Assembly (NCBI GenBank): GCA_035084275.1
Contig: CM068748.1
Coordinates: forward strand, 5,642,001-5,706,000
Source: Hydrolagus colliei
Lineage: Eukaryota
Reading direction: 5' to 3'
DNA: 64,000 nt
A model generated the notes under the pieces. The model worked only from the letters and a program-made list of their open reading frames with translations, had not been told where the DNA came from and ran no database searches. Made by a program: the position numbers and the translations under genes. Shown piece after piece: positions 12,957-26,067 of this stretch; positions within the stretch are counted from its first letter, which is position 1; every line of letters begins with the position of its first letter.

Positions 12957-13354
12957 AGTGTTCTGATGTTTTTCATGGCTTTGTATTGACTAACAAGGTC
13001 TAACAACACCGGAATAATGTCTCCAATTTAACTGGCCATATCGCTGTACATAGAAAACCCATTATTTACCTCTCACGAGACATAGAATGTCAATAGAAGG
13101 ACACAACATTAATGGCTTAATCTGTAACTTTAAAAGCAGCTTGATAAGGCAAATAAGGTCATGTAATGACCTAAATTCTGTAGTTCTGGGGTGCAATGTT
13201 GAAACCAAAAAAGAAGTGTTGAACAGAATAATATATGTATTTTGCTGAAGAATCATTGCTCTGGAACAATGCAGGAAATAGTGGAGATTGATGGTTACGG
13301 TCGCCTCCTGCAGTCTTTTATCCCTTAGACAAGCTACTGTTTTAATGAGATTTT

Positions 13355-13416
13355 ACAACAACAATACAATTACATTCGCATAGCTCCTTTCACATTAGGA
13401 GGACATCCTAAGGCAT
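13355..13416 (-). mobile_element. Isolated L2 3' stem-loop plus (GTT)n tail
   Basis: acaacaacaat...cctttcacattaggaggacatcctaagg, same family as 26068, 34386 and 45850. Confidence 0.7.
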
Positions 13417-15012
13417 TGAGACACAGCTCCATGGCTAAAAGACAGGCTAAGAGACAGGCTTATACAGTATTCCACATTTTACAGTATTCACTCTGGGTGA
13501 TTTGGAAGGTGAATTCTATTCTTTCAGAGTGACCACATTGTTAAAAACCACTGAAGTAATGGCATTAAATAGGCTGAAGTTTCAGGAGACTATGGACACA
13601 ACCTGCAGCACTGAGAGTCACCTGATCTGCCACCGTGCAGAATAAATGTGCTGTTCTTGGCAAGATGATATATTGAACGACACTGGATGAATGTGTAAAT
13701 ATCACATTTGCTAACTTCTTCTGGCCCAGTGATGTAGCATCACCACCATTAACATCAAAGAGAAATGGCCTACACGCCACCGAGAGCTGAAGGGAGACAT
13801 TTGCAGCCTGTTTGAAAATATAAACCATGGGTGGCACAGTGCATTGAATGTTCAATGTGTTGTCACCAACCAGCCAACCCGCACATTGTGGATTCAGGAT
13901 TTTAGCTGTGGAGATATCCAAAAGGAGGATTATCCAAACCACTGCAATAAATCTTGAAAGCTTACACAAAGAGCTTTAAGAACCTCAACCTCCTCAAATC
14001 ACAAGCCTTCTCATAAAACAATTTGGTGATACACAAGCGACATCCTTTCAAACTGGCTCTCAAAGTTGTCAGGCTGAAGCTCCCTTGGTGTCTTACAAGT
14101 AAAGAACTTTGCGTTTTGTGGTATGCTTCCCTGCAGCTGTTTTGAAATGCTCAGTAAATTTAAAATTGAATCATCTTTTGAGGAGACATCAGTTTTTGAC
14201 TCTTCCCTTGTTTCCTGTTTTGCCCTCATTCAGTTCCAATTCTTATTAACGGCTGAGAGGAGAGGATGTTTTGCGTTTTAGAATTCTCAGGTTGGACTGT
14301 TCAGCATTAAGCCAATAGGTGGCACACTCTCACTGACTGGTCGTATCTAGATCCAAGCCTCGCAAGCTATTTGAAATACAGTACTGTTTACAGTTTTGAC
14401 TGCAGAAGAGACCACTCTTGAGAAAACAAACCAGACATTTATTTCATTTTCTACAGTGAAAGGTTAAATGGACGCATTGAAACTTTCTAATAAAATTTGC
14501 AGAAAACATAAGATGTAATCTGAACAGCCGGTCTGATTGTGGATGTTGCCATGGTGGCAATCGCAGACTCACACTAGAAATATCAGAGTAGAGTTTTGAA
14601 TGCAGCATCCAAAGTTTGCCAAACTTTGGTAGTTGGCAGAAATGTTCAACCCTTTGACAAACAGCTGCTTTTCAATCAGCAGCTAGATTTTTTAAGCGAT
14701 CTTAAACCATGAGCATTTAATAAAACAACATGATTATAGAGCACAGCACAGAAAGTAACTGATCTAGTAATGTCTCAGCAATGGGTAACACTTCCATATT
14801 GCTGTTTACTGCTTTTTGACAAATCTGAATGCATTTCTATCTCTGTATGTCAGGTGCTATCCTTGGTTTCTCTGTGATGGCTGCAATCCCTGGTTGCTGC
14901 CTGTGAGGTAATGGCTGTGATTTCTATGTGCCTCGCTTCAATGTGTTCAGCATGCTGATCTAAGAGAGGAAGCAGGAGCCTCTGTCAATATTGCTTCCTC
15001 CCAATGTGAAGA

Positions 15013-15346
15013 AATAATAATAATAATAATAATAATAATAATCCTTGCATTTGATATAGCGGTTTTCACATCTTCTAGACATCTCAAAGCGCTTCATAGA
15101 ATATACTGTAAAATCAATTGACTATATTTGTGGGCAAAACGCAGCAGCCAATATCACACAGAAGCGTCCCACAAGCAGTCGTGGATTGAAATGAAGAATT
15201 TTTTTGTTTTTTTGGGGACGGATTATTATCAAGAGTGTGGAGTAAGGAAACTTGCCGAAGGTTTCACCATGACCTGCCTGTATTTGAAACACGTGTCTCA
15301 TGCTTGTAAGGTGAGTGCTCTAACCACTGAGCTACAGGACTCCACA
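15013..15346 (-). mobile_element. Full-length tRNA-derived SINE with (AAT)10 tail at 15013-15042
   Basis: Collinear with the 8644-8960 copy; minus-strand head tgtggagtcctgtagctcagtggttagagcac. Confidence 0.9.
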
Positions 15347-16050
15347 AGGCACTCTACAGATGTAATTTTGTTGTTATTGTTGCAACTTGGCATCAGCAGA
15401 TGTATGGGAGCGACTTGGGCCACTCTTGCTCTCACTTCCTTTCCTTGCATTAGTGACGTGCCTCGTCTTTTGTTTTTCAATCAGAGGATCAATGGCACAG
15501 TGTGAAGAATCACAGGCCCAAACCCATGTCCTGCCCTTCCATGCTCCTCCGCACTCCATCTTCATCATTGAAAGGAGACGGTAGATCGTGGTTTAAGCAC
15601 TCGCCTATAGAGCAATTCTTGGGTTGGGGTTTATTTTTTCAACTTTGTGCTGGCTGTTGTTTTTCCAATTCTCTGTTGTTTTAGTAAATGCTAAATTTAG
15701 GGAGGATAGAAATGCTGAATTTATGATTGTTTTCTAAAGATTTTGTAAATAGCGAACTTCCATTCCAGAAGTGACGACATTGAAGGAGAATCTCTCGTTC
15801 TTTGTCACCCCAGAGCCTCTGCTCAATATCAGTTCTAACGGATATGGTTGGATGCAAGATTCAGAATCAGAAAGTTGAATTCCCCCCCAAAATATTGTGG
15901 GTGAGCAGCAAACAACATGTAGCTTTAGATTCAACTTTTATATGTAAATAAATAACTATATGGGTTCTCCTTAATTCCTCCCTCCATTGTCCTGCATATG
16001 TACATATTATACAACATTCCCTTTGTGATTTGTTTGGAGATATTTCCATT

Positions 16051-16130
16051 GTGGGGACGGCGGGTGAGTGGGGTGGAGGGAGGTCAGGCAGGTGAGTGAG
16101 GTTGTGGGGGGCAAACAGGTGAGTGGGGTC
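16051..16130 (+). repeat. G-rich degenerate minisatellite, ~27-28 bp period
   Basis: c(a/g)ggtgagtg at 16061, 16089 and 16116. Confidence 0.6.
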
Positions 16131-17039
16131 AGCAGTGCGAGTGTATTATGAAAACATAATACTGTTTGTATTATGAGTGATTCAGACCCAGTCTTGGCTC
16201 TTTTAATGTTTAGACTTGGGTTTGTTACTTGCTTCAAAATGTTATCCTTTTTAATAACTGAAGCATTAATTTGTTTCCAATGGCTTTTGTGGAGGGACAC
16301 ATGGGGAAAATACCCTATTACTTCGTGAATAAAGACTAATGTGGTATGGGACCACTCACCCAACATTGCCAGATTCACATAGAAATAAAATGGTGATGGA
16401 GTTTCTTGAGATGGGTGGTATCTATCTTTGATTTATTATTATACCTAAGTGAGAATATAACATATCTTGTTCTGTTGGATTATTTGATTATGGTGCTGAA
16501 CCCCCAAACATCTTTTACATTTAACCTTCGGTGCCTTACCATTTAAATTGTTTTTCCGTTGAACTGATTTTTTTTCCTTTGTACTTTGTAACTCTATATA
16601 ATGACATTCCAGTTCAATATTAATCACCAGAAAAATTGTGTCTATATGTCCATGCCATTCTCAGCTATTACATGAAACAGTGATATGGCAAACGTCCAAG
16701 ATAATTGAGCTCTATTTAATAAGCTGCCAGCAATTGGACTGTGGATATTGTTTTCCAATCAACCTTTGACTTCTTAAAGCAAATCATTTTGTATGAATCC
16801 TTTCTGTTGGAAGAAAAAGGACTATAAAATCACGGGTTGCTTAGAACTAAGAAGCATGATCTGTGAACATGGGATAGATTTTTGATTGAGAATTGTGTCT
16901 TGAATTTATGTCAAACATAAACCGTGAGTGCATTTCCAGCGTAGACAAAATGTGACTGAGATAGAATAAGCCACCCGGCCACCTTTCATTTTGACTAGGA
17001 AAAAGCAGAGCAGTCCCAAATCATTTAAATGAAGTAGAT

Positions 17040-18065
17040 GTCACCAAAGTAATACGCTGTGGTTGTAATTCTTCTTCCTGTACGCACAGACATACTGAAT
17101 GGCGATCAATGAATCCGCCGTAGTCAATGAATTATAACTGTGTATTTCAAGGCATGGTTTCAGGTTTGAATAATTTTGTTTGGAAATTTATGGAAAATTA
17201 ATTATAGTTTACAGATGTTCCTTGGCTCAGCAAAAATTGGATGCATTTATGATGAGGGACGTAATCTGCTTTTATGAAACTGTCCGTCCTTTGCTCAATA
17301 AAAGACAGGTATGATAAACTGTATGAGCTGAGATTGGTTTACTAAGGGCATCAGGCGCCTCATGATGGGCTAAATCATTCCTGTCTGGCTCCATGTCTGG
17401 ATAATGATGTGATTCTAGCTCGGCTGCACCTACATCACCTACTGTACATTATGATGTGCTGCAGTCAACTGGCAGGGTCTGTAGTGAAGGTGAAACTGTC
17501 ATATCGATCTTTTTAGCGCTAAAATATGAGCCACTTTACTTTACTCCTGAAGCTGTGATGTGAAAAATAATAACTTGATCCCAAATTAAAAATATTGATC
17601 ATTTGATGTGTTGGGAGTAAATAAACACTGACAGAAGTTTCAGGTCATTGCAGGAATGTTGTTGAGCAATAAACACAGCAGTATTGTCAGGAATGGGGGG
17701 AGGGAGATGCTTCTATGCATTTTCATCCCACCCCCCCTCCCCACCGTACATTGATTTCTCATCGTTTACATCCCCTAATGTTGCAGACAACATTTTAGTC
17801 CTTAATTACGCAATCTTCTTGATATTTCAGCAAATCATCTCGCTTGAGTCGATGAGTTGTTGTTAATCCACTTGCCCATTGATTGATTGATTCTGTACTC
17901 AATAAACTTACATTACCTCACTTTATTTAGAGCTTCCATCATAATTTTTTGTGCATTTAAGCTTGACTTTTTTATTTCCCGAGTAACAGATGAGACAACA
18001 TTAGTCTTATCAGACACAAGGGAAACAATTGCCACAAGGTTTACTTTATTGCTGTTTCCATGCAT
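17040..18065. promoter_or_regulatory. Candidate conserved non-coding element cluster
   Basis: Repeat-free, CpG-retaining sequence with TGATTGATTGAT (~17880), several TTTATG and TAATTA motifs. Conservation not verified. Confidence 0.3.
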
Positions 18066-20550
18066 TTTAAATAGGTTAGGGTATTTTATACATCAGGTTG
18101 ACAAAATGCTCCCACAAAGAACACACAGCAATGAATAGACAATGAAGGATAAGTAGGAAACCAAAGGGATTGTTGGGAGAGGCACTAAGAGCAAGCTGTC
18201 TGGTTAATGTATTGTAGGTTTATTAGCTTGTTTGACAAGTGCTTTTTCTAAATAGCTGTGCTTTACTTTGCTGTGTAGGTTCACGTATTGTAATACTACT
18301 GCTTGCAGTATGATATTCATTTACAGAAGTTTTGGAAGCTGGGTGAAAATCTGCTTTCACCTCTGGTACCTAAGATGAATCGTGATATGCATGTGGACAG
18401 GACTCTGTTCTGTAACTCGTTGTCCTCTCGATTGCAGACTCGTTAATATGGTCTCTGAGCTGCAATGACACCTGTAAAGGTTTGGTTTCTTGGATCCAAA
18501 TTCATACAGTGTTAGAGTGACAGATATAGTTACAATATACATTTTCTTAGTAGATTGTTTGGAGAAACAAGCTCAGAGTTTAGGGCCCTTTACTCTGATC
18601 TCATTGCAACTTTAAGGTATTGTTTTGGGATGATGCCAGCAGCTTCCTCCAGTAAGCAAATCCAGCAAATATTTTATTTATGGTGAGTAAATATGTGGTG
18701 CAGCATAATGTAGGGGAATTAATATAGAACAGAGTCTCTTCTGTCTAAAGTCTTCAAATCTAGAGCTGTCTAAAAGGTCATAGCAGACTTACATTACCTC
18801 CACCAATGTGACTTGACGATTTGGCCTGTTTGTTGATGTAAGTTATTTATTACAAAACCTGAGTGCAGTGTTTATGCACCTGTGTCAGTCCCTGCAATAT
18901 TTTATTGTAACTCAGTGCACTTGCTGTAAGATAAAGATATCAAGATATTTTGAACGATAAGGCAGAAGCCAGTTTTGCTCAGTTATTCTAAACAGTGATC
19001 TATAGAGCACTCACTATCTCCACATGAAGTAATGTAATGCAATTTCTAAATGCACAACAATTTCAGCCAAATAAGGTTTGCATTTCCACCTAAGACTGTT
19101 TTGTTTAGCTGTGGCATATTCCTAAATTAGGCTTTAATTTAGAAGCCAGGAATCTTTGCGGTTGTTAAAAAGAACCAATTTCAAAATGAAGCATTTTAAA
19201 ACTTTCCACAATTCTGCGTGATCTTAAATTTAAAAACAAAATGTTCTTGCAGACACTTTAATAGGGAAATGCCATGAAAAAAACCCTGGCCTCCATGACC
19301 CATTTAAACAATCCAAGAAGCTCACTAGATAAACGGACCTGAACCCTCAACACTTTACAGTCCAATCCGCTCATTGTTTAAATGCTAGCACGTGTGTGTG
19401 GTATTCTCTGTATTACTTCCTTGAGTGCTTTAAATACTTGTGTATTCTGTTCGCCCCTTCTCTTGCAACCTTTTTCCCACAAATGTGAATAATGTTCCTC
19501 ATTCAGAGATCAAAGAGCAAGAATCCTCCCAGTTGTTGTTATCCCTTCAAGTATAACATCATTTAGCAATCTGTCACAATATGTTAATGGAGGAAGTATT
19601 TGATGTGTGGCACAACATATGCATTTTAAGAAATGAACAGTCCTTTGACTGATATCCATCTCTCAGCACTACAGACTAGAGTTTACTATTTCAACTCCAG
19701 TACCACAATGTGAAGAAAATGTTAATCACCGCTTGACAATTCCCCTCCCATCCTTTCCTATTCCACCTTCTTCAAGGTTTTCATCTCATTGTACTGTTAG
19801 TGCCAGTGTGCATTATCCTGCATTACCCATATTAAATTCCATTTGCCAATTGTCAGTCAAAATCCTTGTTTCTCTAGGTCATATTTTATTATTATACTAA
19901 CAGCTTTTGCAACACGATTTGCCTCCCTACATGTTTTAATTTTGATCTGCAAATGTAGATGCTATCCATTTTATAATCCTGTTATCAAGCACTATTATGC
20001 AAATGGGAAACATTGGTTTAGTTAATGTAGGAGAGGTTTTTAGGATCTCTGATAGTCATTACCCCAGAACTCTTGTGTATCTCTATTTCTAAGCCCTCAG
20101 ACTATTAGACATTATGAGCAAGGCTTTTGGGGACCGGTTATCTGCTTTCTCAGCCGCACAAAGTATGTAGCCCAGTGAGATGAGGGGAGAGCTTAGTCAA
20201 TGGAAAAATCAGTGTATTTGATGATTTCAATTAAATAGTTTTTGCAGATATGAAGCATTCTACCGTAAAATGTAAAATAAATGTTTTGGATGGTTGGGAG
20301 GGGGAAAAAAAACATGTACACAAGTAACACAGGTACCAGAAATCTAAAGAAAAGATTTAGAAAATAGAAAGCCTGGTTAACATGTAAGGTGGTACCTACA
20401 TCAGAAAGAAATCTGTGTTTTTTCAACTATTCTAATTTGCAGGTGTGATTACAGTATCAAGCAGTAAGTGAATATTGACCATGGCATTAATCATTCAAGT
20501 CAACAGTTCATGTTAATATCTTAAACTGTACAATAACAGTATATAGTGTT

Positions 20551-20608
20551 ATGTAGTGCGATTTATATGGTGCTCTCCACGCCGGACGGCGTCTCAGAGC
20601 GCTTACAG
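20551..20608 (-). mobile_element. Isolated L2 3' stem-loop (second tail family)
   Basis: Reverse complement agcgctctgagacgccgtccggcgtggagagcacc; same family as 38224 and ~185-240. Confidence 0.7.
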
Positions 20609-21289
20609 TATAATTCATATTTTTATTGGATGTAATCTCAGAGCGATTTATTTATGCCCAATTTATAGTGCACTTTTAGTGTTGACTTGAAGCAACGTAC
20701 AACAAATCGACACCAAAAGTGGCGGATAAATCAGGTTTTAGTGCATCATTTCAATTTTGAGCTCCACTCATGAAATCTCAGCCATGAGATAGTTTGTTTT
20801 TGCAATTGAATCAATCCTAATGGTGGTAGTCGAACTGCATAATACTGTAGCCAAACCCAACAGGCTTTTAAACTTCAAAAAATTATGATGAAAGCAAAAT
20901 CATATCGATCAGGTCCATTAATTGCATTTATAAGAAAACTGTCTTGATACTTCTTAATTCCTGACATCACATAAACAGCTATTTGTTTCTCTAATGTTCT
21001 TCTCACAAGACTTCAGGAGTTTCTCTAATGTTTTCTCTGTTCCGCAAGCCTCTGATTAACACTAGGATACGGAAGGAATCGTATGTGAGACGAAAAGCCT
21101 TGTTTTGTCCTCTGTCCTAGAGTGGGAGATGAACACTCAACAGATGCAATAAATTGAAGTTGATAAGGGTAAAGACATATCTGACAAAAGTAAGGAAAAC
21201 TAAGGTTTTTGCGAAGAGCTCCAGGATGCTATTCTCCTTGGGGAGCCCCGTACAACTTGTTGCTATTGAAGGGGTTGTGGGAGCTCCAT

Positions 21290-21560
21290 TTGAAATTGCG
21301 AGATGGTGAGGGCAAGAATATGAATAGATTCAGAACCAACAAAAGTAGAGCCATCAAAAAAAAGAGATAAGAGCTGTTGGTGTGCTGCGAGAGACATGAA
21401 AAAACTTTGATACTCACAGAGGAACTGTGAGATGTGAAGAAACTGTGGCTTTGAATGGAAAGAAATTAGATTTTCATTGGCCCATTGAGAGGCATGGACA
21501 AGATCAAGGTATAATGATTCAAACACTGCACTGTGGGAGTAGTAGAGGATTACAGGTTTA
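21290..21560 (-). mobile_element. Old decayed L2 fragment
   Basis: gtgagggcaagaatatgaat (reverse of FKILxLT-like) and gtagaggattacag (CNxLL-like). Confidence 0.4.
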
Positions 21561-22549
21561 AATGTTATCTGGTTAGAGGTAGTTGTATGAATCGTGTAAA
21601 ATCAATCGTACTTTTAGGCACAGACAGATTCCCACTGGGGTTACTTTTGGTTTCAAAAATGTGAGCAGCTGCCAGAGGCTGATATTTCTCTGTCAAGTGT
21701 CTGAAGCTTGACGATTTAAACAATACTAGATCATTGTAGATATACATAGGTTTCTCATATTCTCAGGGCTTGTGACGTCAATTACAGTAAATCAAATGTT
21801 TGCGACAACACGACGAGTCTTTCTCTAGGACAAAACTAGTTGATCAGCTTAAGCTGCTAAATGAATATCAAACAAAGTTTCAGTCAAAGGTAAAGCTTTA
21901 AAGTAATATTTAGTATCTCTTGCCCTATTTTCTTTCTAGATATGGTATAAACTATCATAGAATATTTGTTGAGTATTTGTATGGGATAAGTTTTATTGGA
22001 TTCAGAGTAATATTTTGGGGTGAATTAGAAAAATTGCTGCATGCTTCTTTGTGCATGCCTCCATTGGAATCTTTTGTAAATTCTTATTTAATATTAGACT
22101 TATGTTATCTGGAATTGGAAGGTGTTTTACTTTGGAGCATGTGGTGGTTTGTTGCAGATGTGGAAAGTTGCTTAGACACTGTGTTGCAATAACTCTATCC
22201 TTCATGGTTCAATTTTTATTTTATTTCTTCAAATCATTTTAAGAAAATTTAGGATTAAGATGCCATACAACATATATTGTTGCATTTTACATTGGTTGAG
22301 TGCAAATGCCCTAAAACACAAAGACAAAAATGAACCACAAGCCTTAAGCTAGCATGATCATTTTGTGCACATTCTCCTGGTCAGTACTCACAGTCCAAGG
22401 TAAATCATTTACTCAAATCTGTGCTATCATTGCCTCTGATCATTTCAAAGCCTGAACCTTGATTGTCCAGGGCCATTCAGTGCTTGTTTTGCTCCAGTTC
22501 AGTTTTGTCAATCCATCTTCTTAGATTAGAAATTGTGGAATCACCAATG

Positions 22550-22640
22550 TCGTTCTCTTTGAACTCTCTCCAATACATCCATGTACATTTGAAGGTAGAA
22601 TGCCCAGAATCGCACACCATACTCTAAATCTGATCCCAGC
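22550..22640 (-). mobile_element. CR1 ORF2 fragment
   Basis: Minus strand LEYGVRFWAFYLQMYMDVLERVQR resembles CR1 LEYCVQFWSPxxxKDIxxLERVQR. Confidence 0.75.
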
Positions 22641-23024
22641 AATAATTCATCTGATCATCGGAGCAGAGTGAAGGCTGGCTGGCTGGCTTTGGTGGGTCAG
22701 AGGGTATGTATCTGCAGATATCTCTACTGTTTCCTATAATTTGTAATCATTACATAATACTGTCCAGAAATGATCTTCAGCCTTTAGTCTGACTCCGCAC
22801 TTTTATTGCATGAGAAGTAACTGCTCATCTAAAAATATAGACGAGTGTATCACTTTGAGTGTCGGCACTTTGCTTTTTGGGGTGGGGGGATGCGCCTTGT
22901 TTATTTTAAATCTAGTTCTTGTTCAGAATGCACATTGGTTACAAATTTTAATCTTTGCTGGGGAGGATGAGACAGAGGGAGACTAATTCCCCACTTGCTC
23001 ATGCCTGGAGAACACGGGTGCAGA

Positions 23025-23264
23025 AATAATTATAATAATCCTTGCATGTGCTATAGTGCTTTTTCATGTCTTCTAGACATCTCAAAATGCTTCACAGAAT
23101 ATACTGTATATTTCTGTGTGAAAAGCTCATCCTTACTCCATACGTCTGTTTTCTCAGACATGTGGAGTAAGGACGCTTGCCCAAGGTTTTGCCCTGCCTG
23201 GAATTGAACCCAGATCTCTCGCTTGTAAGGCGAGTTCTCTAATCACTAAGCTACAATTCTCCAC
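23025..23264 (-). mobile_element. tRNA-derived SINE with internal deletion and fold-back
   Basis: Head and tail match other copies; the central core is missing and replaced by an inverted copy of the adjacent motif (23130-23173). Confidence 0.85.
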
Positions 23265-24981
23265 GATATAAAGTAAAGATAAATCAAGGCATCTTGAATC
23301 CAGCATTCTGCTGGAATTGAATTATAATAACCAATGCAGCAAATTAAGATTACATCTACGATGTCCATCTACGATCACACAATGTAGTTTGTAGGTTTAA
23401 CAGGAAAATCCCTTTGTCGCCCCAGTTACATATTAACACCATTTGGTTTTCAGATCTGTGCTGTTTTATCTGGGTCACATTTAGCATTTCCATTATTTCT
23501 CAACCATAATTATCAGAGACTTGGTGTTTCTCTCAAACCCGATATATTTCTGAAATTTAAACGTTACATTAATCTGGTTGTAATATCAGACCCGTATTTG
23601 TACTAATGATTAATTATTGATTAATTATCAGAAGCAGCCCACAACAGAACTGTCATGTTTGTAAACTGATAGAGAGAGAGACTTAGTAATTCTGGGCAGA
23701 TTCTGACTAAATCCCGAAGTGCTCGAGTGCTATAGAGCTATTTATGAGATTAAATAATGCAATGATTAAATTCTAATCTTCTAATATGTGTTCCTCTAGC
23801 AGCGAGATGGAACATTTCTACTGTGAACAGCACCTATTAGTTAAAAACTGTATTCAATTCAAAGCACTGTCTATAAATGAATGTTGGCCATTCCTCTTAC
23901 CATTACAATTATTTAAAGGTTTTAAAAAAGGTTCGGGGAAATGAAATAACACAATTACTTTTGGATTTCATTCTGTAGTTAAGTGCATTTTCATTGTGTC
24001 ATTTTGGAATCTTCCCAGATTTCATTTAATATTAAAATAATTGAGTTTGGCCCAAAAAATTAAATTTATCAAATTGTGTTATCCTATATGAAATTGGATA
24101 GGTATCCTGTCAGTCATAGAAATAAGTTAATCTGCTTTCCATAAGCCTTTAGTGACCACAGCAGCAACAGGATTGCAACAGTAAAACATCTGCCTTTCAC
24201 CCTTAGACACAGTGTAATTTCTCCCATATCCCTTTTACAAATAATGATATTTGAATCGAGCATTAACAGGCTTAATTACTTTAAAATTGTCATTTTAATT
24301 TACACTGATATAGTATTGATCATACAAGCAGAGATTAAACTGTTCACTGAAGCAGATGATGGGGAATTAAACATTAAAGGGTCCTCATGGGGCTGAGAGG
24401 GTAGTCCAGAATGTGCCATGAGAGGAATGATATTTCTCTGTAATGAACTGACAGGATGCAGGGACATGAATCTTTGGCCTGAAAAAAAAAGGGAAATAAT
24501 GGGGTTTGGGAACCATTTGCAGGTTATTCATTCACTGCCATGCACCAATTCTCTTGTGATTCATCTACTTTACTTGCATTTATTTATCCAGTGAATTCAG
24601 GTTACTGTATATGACCTTATAACTGCGCAGATTTTAGGAATGGGTTCACTGCAGATTTGCAGGTGGACAAAATGCCATCTGCAACAATTGTAAGGTATCA
24701 ATGTGTGTTTATTATTTAAAAGTACTTTGTAACTAATTTTGTCTTTTCTGGGATGCTCGACCCCTGTTTTAATTGCTGACATAGAGCGAGGGCCAGTTGC
24801 AAATGCAGTAAGAAAGCAGATCAAGATCATTGAATACAATATTGGTAGGAACATTCATTAAAAAGGAAAAATTCAGTCTCCCTGCTTATGGATTCCAAAG
24901 TCTTTGTTTGACAGGATGCCTAATAGAGGTATTACATGAATTAGCCAGTACAGCTGTGCACTGTCTTGTATTTTTACAATT

Positions 24982-25212
24982 GAGCACAATACTTACCTGA
25001 GACATGCTGTCAACGTGTGATGATGTGTGGATCATACAGAAAGGCAAGTGTAATAGCTGTGCGATCGTGTCACCTAGTCAAGTAAGTGTAATGGCTAATG
25101 TAGATCCTTTAGTCTTGCTGGCTCTGGGCATTCCTACGATTCACTGAAGTTTGGGAAAAATAGTGATGGCATCATCACATGGTGACAGCATGTCTCAGGT
25201 ATGTTTGTGCTC
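24982..25212. mobile_element. MITE-like element with ~44-bp inverted arms
   Basis: gagcacaatacttacctgagacatgctgtcaacgtgtgatgatg (24982-25025) versus catcatcacatggtgacagcatgtctcaggtatgtttgtgctc (25170-25212): about 3 mismatches and 1 indel. Confidence 0.7.
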
Positions 25213-25834
25213 CATTAAAGGTGGCAGCATTAAATCTCTGATGTAATATGGCAGATAAAAGTCAAACATGAAATACATTTCTGGGGTGTGGGGGCTTCAA
25301 TCAGTTCTCAGATCACAATAAAGCAAAATTATCCCCAGTCTAAAAGAGAATTGAAAGAACAAAAAATTAAAATATTGATGAAGTATTGTCTGCTACTGAA
25401 GGCTTTATCATTGCAATATGTAGAGATGTGAGCTGTTGCATACTACTGTACTTCACCCTCTGAATGTTATCACAGTGTGATAGGGAAGCTCTTTAGTGTA
25501 GCCTTATTATTTCCCAATGATATGCCCACAAATCCTGCTGAAAGCTGGAGATTGTGTCACACAGTGAAGCAAGTTGGCTGATCTGGTTTCTTCAGTCGTG
25601 CTGGTTCAGCAATTTCTCTCTTGGCAGCACAAAGTATAAATCAAGCCTATATTAATCCACTGCTTTATCAAACAATACTACAGGACAATGGCCTTCCATT
25701 GAGTGGTCATGAAAATACCCACAACTGACCTACAACTAATCATCAATTGCTTTAAAAAAAAGCAAAATATTTTATTTTTTGGAAGAAAATAACATTTAGT
25801 ATCTGGTCTTCCAATTGGGGCTGTCATATCCTTA

Positions 25835-25890
25835 CTTGGGACATCCTCCTGAGGTGAAAGATGCTCTATCATTGTAATTTTGTTGTTGTT
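25835..25890 (+). mobile_element. Isolated L2 3' stem-loop plus (GTT)n tail
   Basis: cttgggacatcctcctgaggtgaaagatgctct...ttgttgttgtt. Confidence 0.75.
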
Positions 25891-26067
25891 CTAACCATTT
25901 CTGACATTGCTGAACTAAAAATGTATTGCCGAGTCTTCCCCTCTCCCAGTGTTCTGTGCCTCTCTTCTCTTTCACTTTTACCCTGAGATGGCAATCAGCA
26001 GCAGCATCTCTCTTCTACATCTTGTTTTGCCCTAATGTGGGACCTTCCTCTGCCATTGTTCATTTAC

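Noticed and set aside
14545-14630. Partial RFX X-box (GTTGCCATGG) and a 9-bp hairpin at 14609-14629
   Set aside because: Second half-site is poor, and short hairpins are common by chance.
24989-24999. U1 snRNA gene or pseudogene
   Set aside because: Only the first 11 nt match; the following sequence is not U1.
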